Made by a program: the position numbers and the translations under genes. A DNA stretch of 39,903 nucleotides, taken from IMG/VR virus record IMGVR_UViG_2654587728_000015. One strand, given 5' to 3'. The notes beneath the pieces were generated by a model. That model made no database searches. It was given only the letters and a program-made list of their open reading frames with translations, and was not told where the DNA came from. Shown here one piece after another: positions 18,483 to 28,115 of the stretch. The DNA is from a virus (lineage: Duplodnaviria; Heunggongvirae; Uroviricota; Caudoviricetes). Each line of letters starts with the position of its first letter. Within the stretch, counting starts at the first letter, position 1.

Positions 18483-19133
18483 TTAGAAGTTCAGATTTTT
18501 CAGTGCATTCAGTGCAGAGCCCACATCCTCAGCGTCGCGCAGGGACAGTGCGCCATAGCCCCCGGCCATGAATGCTTTGGCCTGGGTACGGGAGAGTCCG
18601 ACATCACGCAGGACTCTTTCGATTTTTTTCTGTTCGGGGATTTCCCCGCGGGCCAGTGCGTTCTTGACGTCGCTGATCCGCGCCTCGTCGTTAGACGGGA
18701 ACGTCACCAGGCTGACTTCCCAGAGGTCGATTTCTTTCAGCAGAAAGGCTTCTTTGCTCCGGTCGTATTCCCAGTCTTTCAGGACGTACCCAATAGAAAG
18801 GCCGGTTAACGAACCGGCCTTCATGTGTGCATGTGCGCGTTTTGCGAGGGGATCATCATCAATAAGCAACCGTCCCCTGACGTAAAGCCCGACATCGTCT
18901 TCCTTCATTTCGGTGTAAACACCGATGGGTTCATCCATGCGGTGCTGCCAGAGCAGCGCAGGTAACGCTTTTCTGTCACTCCACGCCCGCAGGGAAGCGG
19001 CAAATGCCCCTGACATCACCACATCATCGTGGCTGTCCTTTACACCAAAGACGGAGCCATACCCTTCAAACTCACCGGAGTCACTGACAGATTTCAGACT
19101 CAGCGGTACATCAAGACGTTGTTTCGTCTGCAT
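18483..19133 (-). CDS. Prohead protease (HK97 family)
   Basis: ORF 18483..19169; better RBS (GAAGGA) precedes internal ATG at 19133; located between portal and capsid genes. Confidence 0.75.
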   Translation of the reverse strand: MQTKQRLDVPLSLKSVSDSGEFEGYGSVFGVKDSHDDVVMSGAFAASLRAWSDRKALPALLWQHRMDEPIGVYTEMKEDDVGLYVRGRLLIDDDPLAKRAHAHMKAGSLTGLSIGYVLKDWEYDRSKEAFLLKEIDLWEVSLVTFPSNDEARISDVKNALARGEIPEQKKIERVLRDVGLSRTQAKAFMAGGYGALSLRDAEDVGSALNALKNLNF

Positions 19134-20352
19134 TGGCGTTATCCTTCTGCTTACCGGCTTTACTGCCATCGGAGGGTTTCGTGGTCATGTTCATCGGTGT
19201 GAGATAGACATCACCACCGGGACGCGGATTCATATCTTCCAGGTCGCGGCAGTCATTGGGAGAGTAAATTCCCCAGTTAATCCCGGTAGCGTAGGCTTCA
19301 AAACGGGACTTCATATCCCCGCGCAGTAAGGCCCCGGCGTTAAATTTGGCGTAATAAACGCCCTGCTTACTTTTTCGTACCAGTCCGGTGTTGATCCGCT
19401 GCTCAATGCGGGTCAGATACGGCACCAGTGAATAGTTGATAAATCCCAGCCCCAGCTCTTCGATATTGTTGAAGGTGGCGCGATCGGTGTTCTGCACCAT
19501 GTGCAACGGCACCCGGAACAGACGACAGATTTCTTCAAGCTGAAACTTGCGGGTTTCCAGGAACTGGCTGTCCTCGGCGTTCAGCGCCATCGACTTCCAG
19601 TCCAGCCCCATCTCAAGGATCATCGGGCGGTGAGCATTGCCAAGCCCGGTGTGACGCTCCTCAAAATCTTTCTTCAGGCGCTCATAAGCCTGATCTGACA
19701 GCGTCTGCTCTGTACGCAACACACCCGACGTCACCGCGCCATTGCTGAACAGTCTGGCCCCGTGCTCTTCGGTCGCAGCTGCCAGCGATATTGCCTCGCG
19801 GGCATAGGCGATGGGATTCAGCCCCACCAGTCCGTCCAGCGTCAGCGTGCGCACATGCCAGATATCCTCCTGGCTCAGTACATCCGTGGAGCCATCCGGG
19901 AATGTGACCTGATAGATCGGCTCCCAGCTACTGTTAAGCTTCGGTACCACACAGCCGGGATCGACGGGCAGCAGTTCAGCCACTTCGCCAAATGCTTTCA
20001 CTTTGTAGGCGTAAAAGTTTCCCCGCAGGCACAGACAGGTGACCACCAGCTCCCAGAACTCCTGCGGCGTCATATAGCCATTGGGATGCGTGGAGATCAG
20101 CTTATGCAGACGTTCGCCGGTGGCTCTCTGTTTCAGGCTGCCGTTCAGGTGATACAGGTTGCAGGGCAACATCCCGACCGACTCCGCCAGCACCCTGACG
20201 CAGGAAAAAACCGCCGTCAGTCGCATGGCCCGCTGGCTGCTGATCTGCTTTCCGGTATAGGTGTCATATGACAGCCCGATAGCATCCGCCAGCTCTGCTG
20301 GCGTGGTCACCGGTGCGTCACTTTTTCGTTGAAATAATCCCGAAAAAAACAC
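19111..20352 (-). CDS. Portal protein (HK97 family)
   Basis: 413-aa ORF after terminase large subunit; apparent GTG start with strong SD GGAGGT. Confidence 0.85.
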   Translation of the reverse strand: MFFSGLFQRKSDAPVTTPAELADAIGLSYDTYTGKQISSQRAMRLTAVFSCVRVLAESVGMLPCNLYHLNGSLKQRATGERLHKLISTHPNGYMTPQEFWELVVTCLCLRGNFYAYKVKAFGEVAELLPVDPGCVVPKLNSSWEPIYQVTFPDGSTDVLSQEDIWHVRTLTLDGLVGLNPIAYAREAISLAAATEEHGARLFSNGAVTSGVLRTEQTLSDQAYERLKKDFEERHTGLGNAHRPMILEMGLDWKSMALNAEDSQFLETRKFQLEEICRLFRVPLHMVQNTDRATFNNIEELGLGFINYSLVPYLTRIEQRINTGLVRKSKQGVYYAKFNAGALLRGDMKSRFEAYATGINWGIYSPNDCRDLEDMNPRPGGDVYLTPMNMTTKPSDGSKAGKQKDNANADETTS

Positions 20353-20534
20353 TATTTACCTCCGCCGACAGACGACTGTGTACGCTCAAGATATCGCGCC
20401 ACCAGCCACGACCAGAACAGGCACAACGCCCCGGCAACAACAAACCCCGCCGGGGGATAAATCAGCCAGGCACCATACGCCAGCAAAAGCGCCCCCAGCA
20501 CGCCCACCAGAGGCGCGAGAATCAGCATGATCAT
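20352..20534 (-). CDS. Small two-TM membrane protein between terminase and portal
   Basis: 60-aa hydrophobic ORF ([26 protein letters not shown]...), SD GAGGT upstream. Confidence 0.45.
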   Translation of the reverse strand: MIMLILAPLVGVLGALLLAYGAWLIYPPAGFVVAGALCLFWSWLVARYLERTQSSVGGGK

Positions 20535-20545
20535 AATTACCTCAG

Positions 20546-22279
20546 TTAAAGCGAGCGGATCCCATAGGACTCAATGTGGTCAGACAACGTGTCTTCTTTC
20601 TCGTACAGCATGGCTCTGCCAACCGCCATAATCAGCGCAACTGCACCATCGATTTTGTTTTCCGCCTGCTCTTTGACGGGCTTCACCACATCATCGTTAC
20701 CCGGAATGGTTTTGCCGACCACGTTGCCGATACACCAGGTCATGATGGGATTGCCATCATGATGAAAGCGCCCCGATTCAATTGCCGCTTCCAGCTCTTT
20801 CATCGGGTCGGACATGTTGGTGTAGTTCTGAATGATAGTGACGGGATTCAGGTCTTCATCAGCAAGGTCATGTGACAACCCGGTCGCCCCGAAGGGGTCG
20901 ATGGGTGACTCACTGACCGGGCTGATTTTGTTCGCCGCTTTGGCCTCCTCGAGGATGTAGCGATAATCCACCTCCGCACCATCGGTAACGGTCAGAACGC
21001 CCATTTCCACCCATTTCTGAAAGCGTTCGGCTGTCCGGCGATCTTCATTTTTCTCGACGCTGTACACCGTGTCATACGGTACCCAGAAGCGCGGAGCCAC
21101 ACTGTAGTAATGCGTTTTACCGTCAATCTCGCGGGTATAAAGTCGCGCCATGCTGTTCATATCCAGCTTACGCGCCAGGTCAAAGGCCAGAATGCACGGT
21201 TGCCCCTCGAACTGCTCAAGGGTCAGTGATTTATCCTCGCAGCTCTGCCAGCTCACCAGGTTGAAATACGCCGAACGCGCCGACACCCAGATATTGAGGT
21301 GTTTTGTTTTAAAGACGTTTGCCAGACGGGCGTTATTTTTCGCACGCTGCTGCTGACTTAACAAAAATTCGCGATAAACCGACACGCCAATATTCGGGTT
21401 AGCTTTTTCCAGCACCTGCGGGTCGGTCCAGTCATCACCTTCATCAACGGTATAGATGATCCCGAACAGTTCATCGTTGGGCACCGAGCCGTTGAGCATC
21501 TCGATGACTTCCCGCCGCTTGTCGTAGCACGGCCCCTCAATGTTGTACCCGGCAGTAGTAATGGCCCACATCAGTGGCTGACGTCGCGCCCCCATCCCGG
21601 TAAGCATCGTGGTGTAAAGCGCATCGGTGGCGTGCTCGTGATATTCATCCACCACCGCACAGTGGGGTGATGATCCATCACCGGGGTTACCGATCAGCGG
21701 TTCAAACCGCGCGCCATCCTCCGGACGGTTCATGTTTGAGGCGTTAACCTCAATCCCGAACGCTTCCGTCAGCATGGGTGTGCGTTTACACATCAGTCGC
21801 GCCGGGCGAAAGACTTCCCACGCCTGTTTCTCTGTCGTGGCACCAGAATACACTTCCGCGCCAAACTCGTTATCACAGGCAAAACAATACAGGGCGACAC
21901 CGGCAGAGATTGCCGATTTGCCGTTCTTACGGGGGATTTCGGTATACACCTCACGGAAGCGGCGCAGCCGGGAGCCTTTATTGACCCAGCCAAACGCGCA
22001 GCAGATCACAAAGAGCTGCCACGGCTCCAGCGTGATGGGCATCCTCTTAAATGCCCACTCACCCTTGGTGTGCGGCAACAGCTGAATAAATTTGGCGGCC
22101 CGTTCAGCCAGGTCCTTGTCGAAGCGGTAACGAAACGACTTACTTTTTTCCGCCATCAGGTCATCAAGATGGCGCTGGCAGGCCTGAATCACAAACTGGC
22201 AGGCCACAATCTTTCCGCGCACGACATCCCGGGCATACTGATTGGCAGCATTTACGTTGGGGTAAGATTTCCGGCTCAT
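20546..22279 (-). CDS. Terminase large subunit
   Basis: 577-aa ORF with ATPase Walker A-like (EIPRKNGKS) and nuclease domain; follows small subunit. Confidence 0.9.
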   Translation of the reverse strand: MSRKSYPNVNAANQYARDVVRGKIVACQFVIQACQRHLDDLMAEKSKSFRYRFDKDLAERAAKFIQLLPHTKGEWAFKRMPITLEPWQLFVICCAFGWVNKGSRLRRFREVYTEIPRKNGKSAISAGVALYCFACDNEFGAEVYSGATTEKQAWEVFRPARLMCKRTPMLTEAFGIEVNASNMNRPEDGARFEPLIGNPGDGSSPHCAVVDEYHEHATDALYTTMLTGMGARRQPLMWAITTAGYNIEGPCYDKRREVIEMLNGSVPNDELFGIIYTVDEGDDWTDPQVLEKANPNIGVSVYREFLLSQQQRAKNNARLANVFKTKHLNIWVSARSAYFNLVSWQSCEDKSLTLEQFEGQPCILAFDLARKLDMNSMARLYTREIDGKTHYYSVAPRFWVPYDTVYSVEKNEDRRTAERFQKWVEMGVLTVTDGAEVDYRYILEEAKAANKISPVSESPIDPFGATGLSHDLADEDLNPVTIIQNYTNMSDPMKELEAAIESGRFHHDGNPIMTWCIGNVVGKTIPGNDDVVKPVKEQAENKIDGAVALIMAVGRAMLYEKEDTLSDHIESYGIRSL

Positions 22280-22292
22280 GATTCGATGATTT

Positions 22293-22778
22293 TCAGATTG
22301 TCAGAAACGGGTTAGTGGCTTTCTTCTTCCCCGCCAGGCCAATCAGACGCTGGCGGCTGCTGGGGTCGAGTCCGAGCATTGCCCCCGTGCTGCTCATCTC
22401 GGACTCCTGTTCTTTTTTGGCGGTCAGCTCCGGATTTTTGACCATGCCACCCATTGCACCGGTGATGGTGTTACCCTGTCTGGCAATATTTTTCACGGCA
22501 CGTCGCCAGAACTCATAGGCCACACACCACCGCTCAAGTACCGCCAGGTCAGTCACGCACAGCAGGCCCTGACCGCAGAGTTCTTTGGTTGTCAGTTGCC
22601 ACATGATCGTGGCGAGAGGGAGATCTTCTTCAGCGAACCACTCCGGTGGCTCAACACCTTTGATGGGCGTAAAAACAGGTTCATCTTTATTCAGGGCTCG
22701 CTTGCCGGGGTTTCCGGCCAGCGCCTTGCGCGCCGTTGGCTTGGGGCGACGCCCGGAACGCCCCGCCGTTCCAGCCAT
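22293..22778 (-). CDS. Terminase small subunit
   Basis: ORF 22293..22787; ATG at 22778 has better RBS; basic N-terminus, position upstream of terL. Confidence 0.75.
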   Translation of the reverse strand: MAGTAGRSGRRPKPTARKALAGNPGKRALNKDEPVFTPIKGVEPPEWFAEEDLPLATIMWQLTTKELCGQGLLCVTDLAVLERWCVAYEFWRRAVKNIARQGNTITGAMGGMVKNPELTAKKEQESEMSSTGAMLGLDPSSRQRLIGLAGKKKATNPFLTI

Positions 22779-22828
22779 ATGCGGCACTCCAGGTTAAATT
22801 TCATTTTTCGCGGGTATAAAAAAACGAT

Positions 22829-22877
22829 GGGGCGGGCAGTCCGGAAGACGTCAGGCCGCAGGGATTTGACCCGCCCC
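22829..22877. other. Candidate cos/packaging site: 8-bp GC inverted repeat GGGGCGGG...CCCGCCCC around a GACGTC palindrome
   Basis: Read directly in the HNH-terS intergenic region, the position of cos in HK97-like phages. Confidence 0.35.
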
Positions 22878-22903
22878 TCCCCTCAGGCAGTTGAGAATTA
22901 TTA

Positions 22904-23254
22904 TCACTTCAACCGTTCACGGGCCGTCTTCGCCTTATGACACGGCCAGCACAGGCTCTGCAGATTACTGTCGGCATCAGAGCCGCCATGCGCTTTAGGG
23001 ATGATGTGATCAACGGTTTTCGCTTCACGCACCACACCGGCACGCAGGCACAACTGGCACAGTCCTTTGTCACGCTTCAACACACGCACGCGGATAACAT
23101 CCCACTTCGAACCATAACCGCGCTGATGACGGGATTGTCCTGGCTTGTATTGCTTCCAGCCTTCGCTTTTGTGGCTTTCGCAGTAGCCTGACGGGTCTGT
23201 CGTGGTATTACGGCAGCCGCGAACGCGGCAGGCTTTTGGAGTTCGAGGGGGCAT
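22904..23254 (-). CDS. HNH endonuclease (terminase-associated)
   Basis: 116-aa ORF with Cys-rich HNH motif (CQLC...VDHIIPKAHGGSD...NLQSLCWPCH); located just upstream of terS as in HK97. Confidence 0.85.
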   Translation of the reverse strand: MPPRTPKACRVRGCRNTTTDPSGYCESHKSEGWKQYKPGQSRHQRGYGSKWDVIRVRVLKRDKGLCQLCLRAGVVREAKTVDHIIPKAHGGSDADSNLQSLCWPCHKAKTARERLK

Positions 23255-23280
23255 AAATATATTCCTGTTCTTTATCCGGA

Positions 23281-23553
23281 CTATTTGACTGCTGCCAGCA
23301 AAGCGTTACGGCGCATCTCGATACTTCGAATCCCCGCTTTGTCAATATTGCATTGTCCCAACGCCGAAAGCAGGCTCACATTCAGATCCAGACTGGCCCC
23401 ATAGGTCAGCGGCTCGGGAATGACTGGCTGGGGAGTTTCAGTAGTCAGGCTTGCTGGCAACGGTACCGCCGGAATCGGTACGTAAACTGTTCGCGTACTT
23501 CCGCAACCGGTCAGCAGCGGCAGCAGGCACATGACGTGAAGCACAATCATCAT
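23281..23553 (-). CDS. Rz1: o-spanin (Rz1-like outer-membrane lipoprotein), overlapping Rz in another frame
   Basis: Internal start MMIVLHVMCLLPLLTGC with lipobox LLTGC and proline-rich mature region; overlaps 3' end of Rz. Confidence 0.65.
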   Translation of the reverse strand: MMIVLHVMCLLPLLTGCGSTRTVYVPIPAVPLPASLTTETPQPVIPEPLTYGASLDLNVSLLSALGQCNIDKAGIRSIEMRRNALLAAVK

Positions 23554-23830
23554 CCGCAACAGCCACTTTGATATCTTCCTGGGTTCTCTGTGACTCCAGT
23601 GCGATCTGCTGTTTTGCATGCTGGTTAGCCTCCAGAACTGTATTGACGATTTGCAGTGATTGCAGAACGTTACGGGTAATGGCAGTTGCTGATTCAGCAT
23701 TTCGTACAGCCTCATCAGCACGCTCCTTTTCGTGCTGATATTTGCTGTAGTAATGCCCGGCAGACCAGATAAAAGAACCGATGACGGTAACAAAGAAGGC
23801 AACAATAACCAGCTTATATCTCAGCTTCAT
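23438..23830 (-). CDS. Rz: i-spanin (Rz-like)
   Basis: 130-aa ORF with N-terminal TM segment and coiled-coil periplasmic domain; follows endolysin. Confidence 0.75.
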   Translation of the reverse strand: MKLRYKLVIVAFFVTVIGSFIWSAGHYYSKYQHEKERADEAVRNAESATAITRNVLQSLQIVNTVLEANQHAKQQIALESQRTQEDIKVAVADDDCASRHVPAAAADRLRKYANSLRTDSGGTVASKPDY

Positions 23831-24290
23831 TTACCACCCCACCCGCTTCTTTAAATCGGGCAATCAGGTCACCGATTCTATGTTCATACTGACCGTAACC
23901 AGCCCCCGGCAACGAAGCCCAGATATTGCTGCAACGGTCGATTGCCTGACGAATATCGCCGCGGTCAATCATCGGTAAAGCACCACGCTCTTTAATCTGC
24001 TGCAGAGCTACAGCGTCCTGGCTTTCTGGAGAAAAATCTTTCAGGCCAAGCTGTTTACGGTAAGCATCCCACCAGCGTGAAAGAAGCTGGTAACGTCCGG
24101 CGGCTGTTGATTTGAGTTTGGGGTTTAGCGTGACAAGTTTGCGAGGGTGATCGGAGTAATCAGTGAACAGTTCGCCACCAACAATAACATCATAACCGTG
24201 GTTACGTGTCGGTTGTCGCCCGTTATCCGTTCCTTCTGACCATGCCACCATATCCAGGAAAGCTTTACGCTGGGAATTTAGTGCCTGCAT
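23814..24290 (-). CDS. R: Endolysin, lambda R-type lytic transglycosylase
   Basis: 158-aa ORF (NSQRKAFLDMVAWSEGTDNGRQPTRNHGYDVIVGG...) closely resembling phage lambda R; SD AAGGAG. Confidence 0.9.
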   Translation of the reverse strand: MQALNSQRKAFLDMVAWSEGTDNGRQPTRNHGYDVIVGGELFTDYSDHPRKLVTLNPKLKSTAAGRYQLLSRWWDAYRKQLGLKDFSPESQDAVALQQIKERGALPMIDRGDIRQAIDRCSNIWASLPGAGYGQYEHRIGDLIARFKEAGGVVNEAEI

Positions 24291-24293
24291 AAA

Positions 24294-24629
24294 TTACTCC
24301 TTCGAGCTACCAAATTTGTTACCGATTACTCGCATTGCAGCCCCACGAATAGCATCGACACCGATCAGCCCCACGCCACCACCAATGGCAACAGAAAGCG
24401 ATTTAGGCCATCCGACATACTCAAGAGCGGATGCAAAGGTCAGCGTCAGAGCGCCACATAGCAAAATCTCGAGCGTTTTTCGCTTCCAGCCACCACCACC
24501 GCCAAAATAGGCGATGCGCAAACCAGCCATAACGATCGACATAATCACTGCACCCAGCGGTGTGTCTCCACGCCACCAGCTCTGAAACAACTCCAGCCAG
24601 TCCGGCCAGGTATTTGGGTTATGAGGCAT
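24294..24629 (-). CDS. Holin (three predicted TM segments)
   Basis: ORF 24294..24725; start taken at ATG 24629 with SD GAGAG; three hydrophobic helices; immediately upstream of endolysin. Confidence 0.65.
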   Translation of the reverse strand: MPHNPNTWPDWLELFQSWWRGDTPLGAVIMSIVMAGLRIAYFGGGGGWKRKTLEILLCGALTLTFASALEYVGWPKSLSVAIGGGVGLIGVDAIRGAAMRVIGNKFGSSKE

Positions 24630-24672
24630 TTCGTCATCTCTCACCTCGCGATATTTGCGGGTGCTGTGTTGG

Positions 24673-24698
24673 AAATAAAAAGGCCACGCAACGTGGCC
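24673..24698 (-). terminator. Rho-independent terminator between methyltransferase and holin (GGCCACG-loop-CGTGGCC followed by TTTTTATTT)
   Basis: Perfect 7-bp GC stem with U-run on minus strand. Confidence 0.6.
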
Positions 24699-24705
24699 AC
24701 CAGAA

Positions 24706-25758
24706 TTATTTCCCCACCAGTTCACTTACCTCTTTCACCGTCTGATTAAACCGCTCTGACTCAAGTTCAACACCTAACGCCCGACGCCCCAGCGCCATTG
24801 CTGCTTTTATTGTGGAACCGGATCCCATAAAGAAATCAGCAACCAGATCGCCTGGTCGACTACTGGCATTGATTATTTGCCGGAGCATATCCGCCGGTTT
24901 CTCGCACGGATGTTTACCCGGATAGAACTGAACGGGCTTATGCGTCCAGACATCGGTATAAGGCACGGAGACTGATACGGAGAAATAGCGCCGGAGTGAT
25001 TTAAACTCATCCAGCAATTCAGAATATTTGCGATTCAGTGAATCATAAGATGCCACCAGCTGGTGGTGTGGTTGTTCCAATTGCTGTTCCTGAAACTTCT
25101 CTGCCGCTATACGGGAAAACAGTGCCTGTAACTTCCGGTAGTCAGCCTCATTCGGCAACTGCCACTGACTGGCACCAAACCAGTGGGAAACCATATTTTT
25201 CTTACCTGTGGCTTCGGCAATTTGTTTTGCCGTTATACCCAGTTCGGCACGAGCATCCCTGAAATACGATATCAGCGGTGCCATTATGTGCTGTTTGAGT
25301 TCCCTTTCTTTTGCCGCATAGCCGTCACTTTTGCCACGATATGGCCCATGGTAATGTTCAGCAAACAGAACGCGCTCTGTGGCAGGAAAATATGCACGCA
25401 GACTTTCTTTATTACACCCATTCCAACGTCCGGACGGCTTCGCCCAGATGATATGGTTAAGCACGTTGAAACGTTCACGCATCATGATCTCAATATCAGA
25501 TGCCAGGCGATGTCCACAGAACAGGTAAAGGCTTCCGGCAGGTTTCAACACCCGCCAGAACTGGGCCAGACAGTGATCCAGCCACTTAAGGTAATCTTCG
25601 TCCCCTTTCCACTGATTGTCCCAACCGTTGGGTTTCACCTTGAAGTAAGGCGGATCGGTAACAATCAGGTCAATGGAATCATCAGGCAGGGACTGAATAA
25701 AATGCAGGCAATCAGCGTTGATTAAATCAACACTGTTTATTTTTACAGTATTTTTCAT
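24706..25758 (-). CDS. DNA methyltransferase (N6-adenine or N4-cytosine, DPPY motif, beta-class order)
   Basis: 350-aa ORF with motif IV DPPY near N-terminus and AdoMet-binding FxGxG (FFMGSGST) near C-terminus; no adjacent restriction endonuclease. Confidence 0.8.
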   Translation of the reverse strand: MKNTVKINSVDLINADCLHFIQSLPDDSIDLIVTDPPYFKVKPNGWDNQWKGDEDYLKWLDHCLAQFWRVLKPAGSLYLFCGHRLASDIEIMMRERFNVLNHIIWAKPSGRWNGCNKESLRAYFPATERVLFAEHYHGPYRGKSDGYAAKERELKQHIMAPLISYFRDARAELGITAKQIAEATGKKNMVSHWFGASQWQLPNEADYRKLQALFSRIAAEKFQEQQLEQPHHQLVASYDSLNRKYSELLDEFKSLRRYFSVSVSVPYTDVWTHKPVQFYPGKHPCEKPADMLRQIINASSRPGDLVADFFMGSGSTIKAAMALGRRALGVELESERFNQTVKEVSELVGK

Positions 25759-25907
25759 GGATCAGTAAGCGTAACTCTGGTAGGCTCACTCTGCTTTTGC
25801 GCTAAAGCAGTGGGCCGTGGTTCGCTTGTGACCAGTAAGCATGAGCGAATGGCTGGCAGGTGCTACCAACACCCACCAGCCGCCCATTTTCACAAATTAA
25901 AAGCCCT

Positions 25908-26126
25908 TCATTGCTGAAGGCGTCTGTAACAGCCGAACTGGTAATCTGCCAGCCCCGCCATAACCAGCTGGGTCAGTATTAACTGACAGCGTTCGCGTGA
26001 AAGGTATGTGTTTTGTGCTATCTCCCCGACTGTTGCCGGTTCGACGCTTAATTCATTAAAAACAACTTTCGCCGTTTCTGTCATATCTAGCTGTTTTAGC
26101 ATGTCTTTTTTCCTTCTGGTTAACAT
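25908..26126 (-). CDS. Small hypothetical protein, first ORF downstream of the late promoter
   Basis: 72-aa ORF with ATG start; weak RBS; function unknown. Confidence 0.45.
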   Translation of the reverse strand: MLTRRKKDMLKQLDMTETAKVVFNELSVEPATVGEIAQNTYLSRERCQLILTQLVMAGLADYQFGCYRRLQQ

Positions 26127-26221
26127 GACATACCAATAACTCTTGTCTAAAAAGCCAGCAAGATAAAAAGTCAGTATTCACGACCACCAGCGTGTTTACC
26201 GTACTGCCAACATCAAGGCAC

Positions 26222-26246
26222 AAAAAAACCCGCTCAGCGGCGGGTT
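26222..26246 (-). terminator. tR'-like rho-independent terminator downstream of the late promoter
   Basis: Minus strand AACCCGC-loop-GCGGGTT followed by TTTTTTT. Confidence 0.7.
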
Positions 26247-26292
26247 CTTAAATCTTATCAACGGTAGACATACAAAGCCCATCGTTGGGAAA

Positions 26293-26321
26293 ATCTTATC
26301 CATATTTTTTGAAAAATGCAA
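26293..26321 (-). promoter_or_regulatory. pR'-like late promoter (-35 TTGCAT, 17-nt spacer, -10 TAAGAT) about 65 nt upstream of tR'-like terminator; expected Q-utilisation region
   Basis: Hexamers read on minus strand just downstream of Q gene; arrangement mirrors lambda pR'-qut-tR'. Confidence 0.5.
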
Positions 26322-26352
26322 GCATCATGTCGCCATCTTCGGCGAAAATCAT

Positions 26353-27111
26353 TTATCTTGTCACTTTTCTCAATTGTGTCTCTGCATATGCTTCTTCCTG
26401 CCAGCACTTTGTAACCAGTTTATCAATGACATCTGCATATCCTTTGTACCACTGATAATCCGTCAAATCTGGTACCAGTTTCTGTACATGATGCCGCGCC
26501 AGTGTGGTTGGTAAACGGCTAAACCGGTTTCCATTGCAACGTCCACAAATCTTATAAACAGGCGTGCCATGAAGCCGGGTCCTTTTTTCATCCAGGACAA
26601 TACCTTTACCCTTACACCCTCTGCACGCTGTGCTGACTTCTCCCTTACCATGACAATGCTGACATAGTTCCTTCACCCACTCCTCCTTGATAACAGATTC
26701 ACCGCTTCTGGAGTGTTTCACCACTTCGCGCAATACATTATGAAATCCAGTACCTGCACAATGCTCACAGCGAGCCTTACTTGCCGCAGACCTGGAATAA
26801 TCAGCAAAGGCAAAATTCACAAGGTAAGGGATGATCTGTAACCGGGTTTCTTCACTCAATTTATTCAATGTCGGGTTATCCAGTGCCATCGCGTAATTGA
26901 GCAGACCTTCAATCGCAAACTGAGGATCCTGAACACCAACTTTTGCCAGGAATAAGGCAAAACCCAGTGGTGCTTTCGACTGCACCATCCCCTGCGCAGC
27001 CATCACATCCGTAATCGTTAAACCACCAGAGCCTGTCGCCGGTGCGTCATCGCTCAATTTTGGAGATTTTGGGGAGTAATATTTTGGTAAGGCTTCAAGG
27101 TTCATGCTCAT
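26353..27111 (-). CDS. Q: Late-gene antitermination protein Q-like (Cys-rich zinc-binding region)
   Basis: 252-aa ORF with CEHCAGTG...CQHCHGKG...CRGCKGKG...CGRCNG motifs; located immediately upstream of pR'/tR'-like unit and lysis genes. Confidence 0.7.
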   Translation of the reverse strand: MSMNLEALPKYYSPKSPKLSDDAPATGSGGLTITDVMAAQGMVQSKAPLGFALFLAKVGVQDPQFAIEGLLNYAMALDNPTLNKLSEETRLQIIPYLVNFAFADYSRSAASKARCEHCAGTGFHNVLREVVKHSRSGESVIKEEWVKELCQHCHGKGEVSTACRGCKGKGIVLDEKRTRLHGTPVYKICGRCNGNRFSRLPTTLARHHVQKLVPDLTDYQWYKGYADVIDKLVTKCWQEEAYAETQLRKVTR

Positions 27112-27118
27112 TCTCCAC

Positions 27119-28114
27119 TTACGCCAGTACGCCTATTGCCAGCGCACGATCGATAAAACGAAATATCAGCTCCAGCTGGGAGCCATACTTCTCTTCAAAT
27201 GCCACGGTATCCGCATGCAGCTCGTCGTGATGCTTTCTGCACAAAGGCAACACAAAGAGGTCATGCGCTTTTGTACCCATTCCCCCCTGACCGTGGCCTA
27301 TCAGGTGGTGGGGATCATCAGCGGGCTTTCCACAACATGCACACGGCTGTGTCTTAACCCAGCGCGTGTACTTTTCATTAACCCAGCGGCGACGTTTTGG
27401 GCGTAACATAAAAGACTCCGGCGACTCCGGATCCACTTTCAGCGCCAGCACCTTTTTTGCCTTATCCTGGATGATGCTGGTGGCAGGAACCGAAGGCACA
27501 AGGTCACTTTCCCGGGTGACAGACGGCACAACAGGCTTTGGTAATCTCAGTGCCTTACGGGCTGCACTTTCCGGTAAGGCATCCGCCAGGTCATTACGAA
27601 TCAGCCACCAGCACAGTTCCGGCATTGTCACAACGTGACTATCATCAAAACCGAGATCCCGACGCACAACAGACAACACCCAGCGGGCACAGTTATCCGT
27701 TGCCATTGATTCCAGCCGTTCCGTGAACTGATCGCGCAGCTGGTTATCACAGTGCCAGCACAGACGGATTGCGCCCGGAGCGTGTCGCATTGTGGTCATG
27801 TTCTCGCTGTGCCAGTCGGAATGAGGCCACTGGCAGCCTTTTTCACGAAGTAACCAGCTTTCAAGACATTCCACGCCACCAGCACGACGGATCACTGCCT
27901 CATTGCGGAACACGGCCCGAACAGCAGGATCATCCGCCAGCGGTTGTGATGCCGCGGGAACGGCACCACTGGCGAAAGATGAATAACGTTCCGGCTCAGG
28001 CTCCAGCAGTACACGCCCCTGCATAAACAGGGGCATCAGCTCTGAACCTGGTCTGAACAATACGATCCCCATACGCGGGGCTATTTCAGGGGTCAGTAGT
28101 GCTCTCACGGTCAC
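27119..28114 (-). CDS. DUF968-family prophage protein with C-terminal HNH-like zinc-finger
   Basis: 331-aa ORF ending CACCGKPADDPHHLIGHGQ...CRKHHDELH; apparent GTG start. Confidence 0.6.
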   Translation of the reverse strand: MTVRALLTPEIAPRMGIVLFRPGSELMPLFMQGRVLLEPEPERYSSFASGAVPAASQPLADDPAVRAVFRNEAVIRRAGGVECLESWLLREKGCQWPHSDWHSENMTTMRHAPGAIRLCWHCDNQLRDQFTERLESMATDNCARWVLSVVRRDLGFDDSHVVTMPELCWWLIRNDLADALPESAARKALRLPKPVVPSVTRESDLVPSVPATSIIQDKAKKVLALKVDPESPESFMLRPKRRRWVNEKYTRWVKTQPCACCGKPADDPHHLIGHGQGGMGTKAHDLFVLPLCRKHHDELHADTVAFEEKYGSQLELIFRFIDRALAIGVLA

Positions 28115-28115
28115 C

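Noticed and set aside
17617-18486. 289-aa plus-strand ORF
   Set aside because: Lies entirely antisense within the major capsid gene; long antisense ORFs are common in GC-rich coding DNA
24294-24725. Full 143-aa holin ORF starting at 24725
   Set aside because: The 5' extension starts with GTG, overlaps the methyltransferase 3' end and spans a strong terminator hairpin; the internal ATG at 24629 with SD is the credible start
27119-28114. Apparent one-base frame inconsistency when hand-translating around 28070..28085
   Set aside because: Upstream and downstream segments each match the ORF-track protein, so the discrepancy is most likely my manual indexing error rather than a real frameshift; flagged only as a caution on motif coordinates
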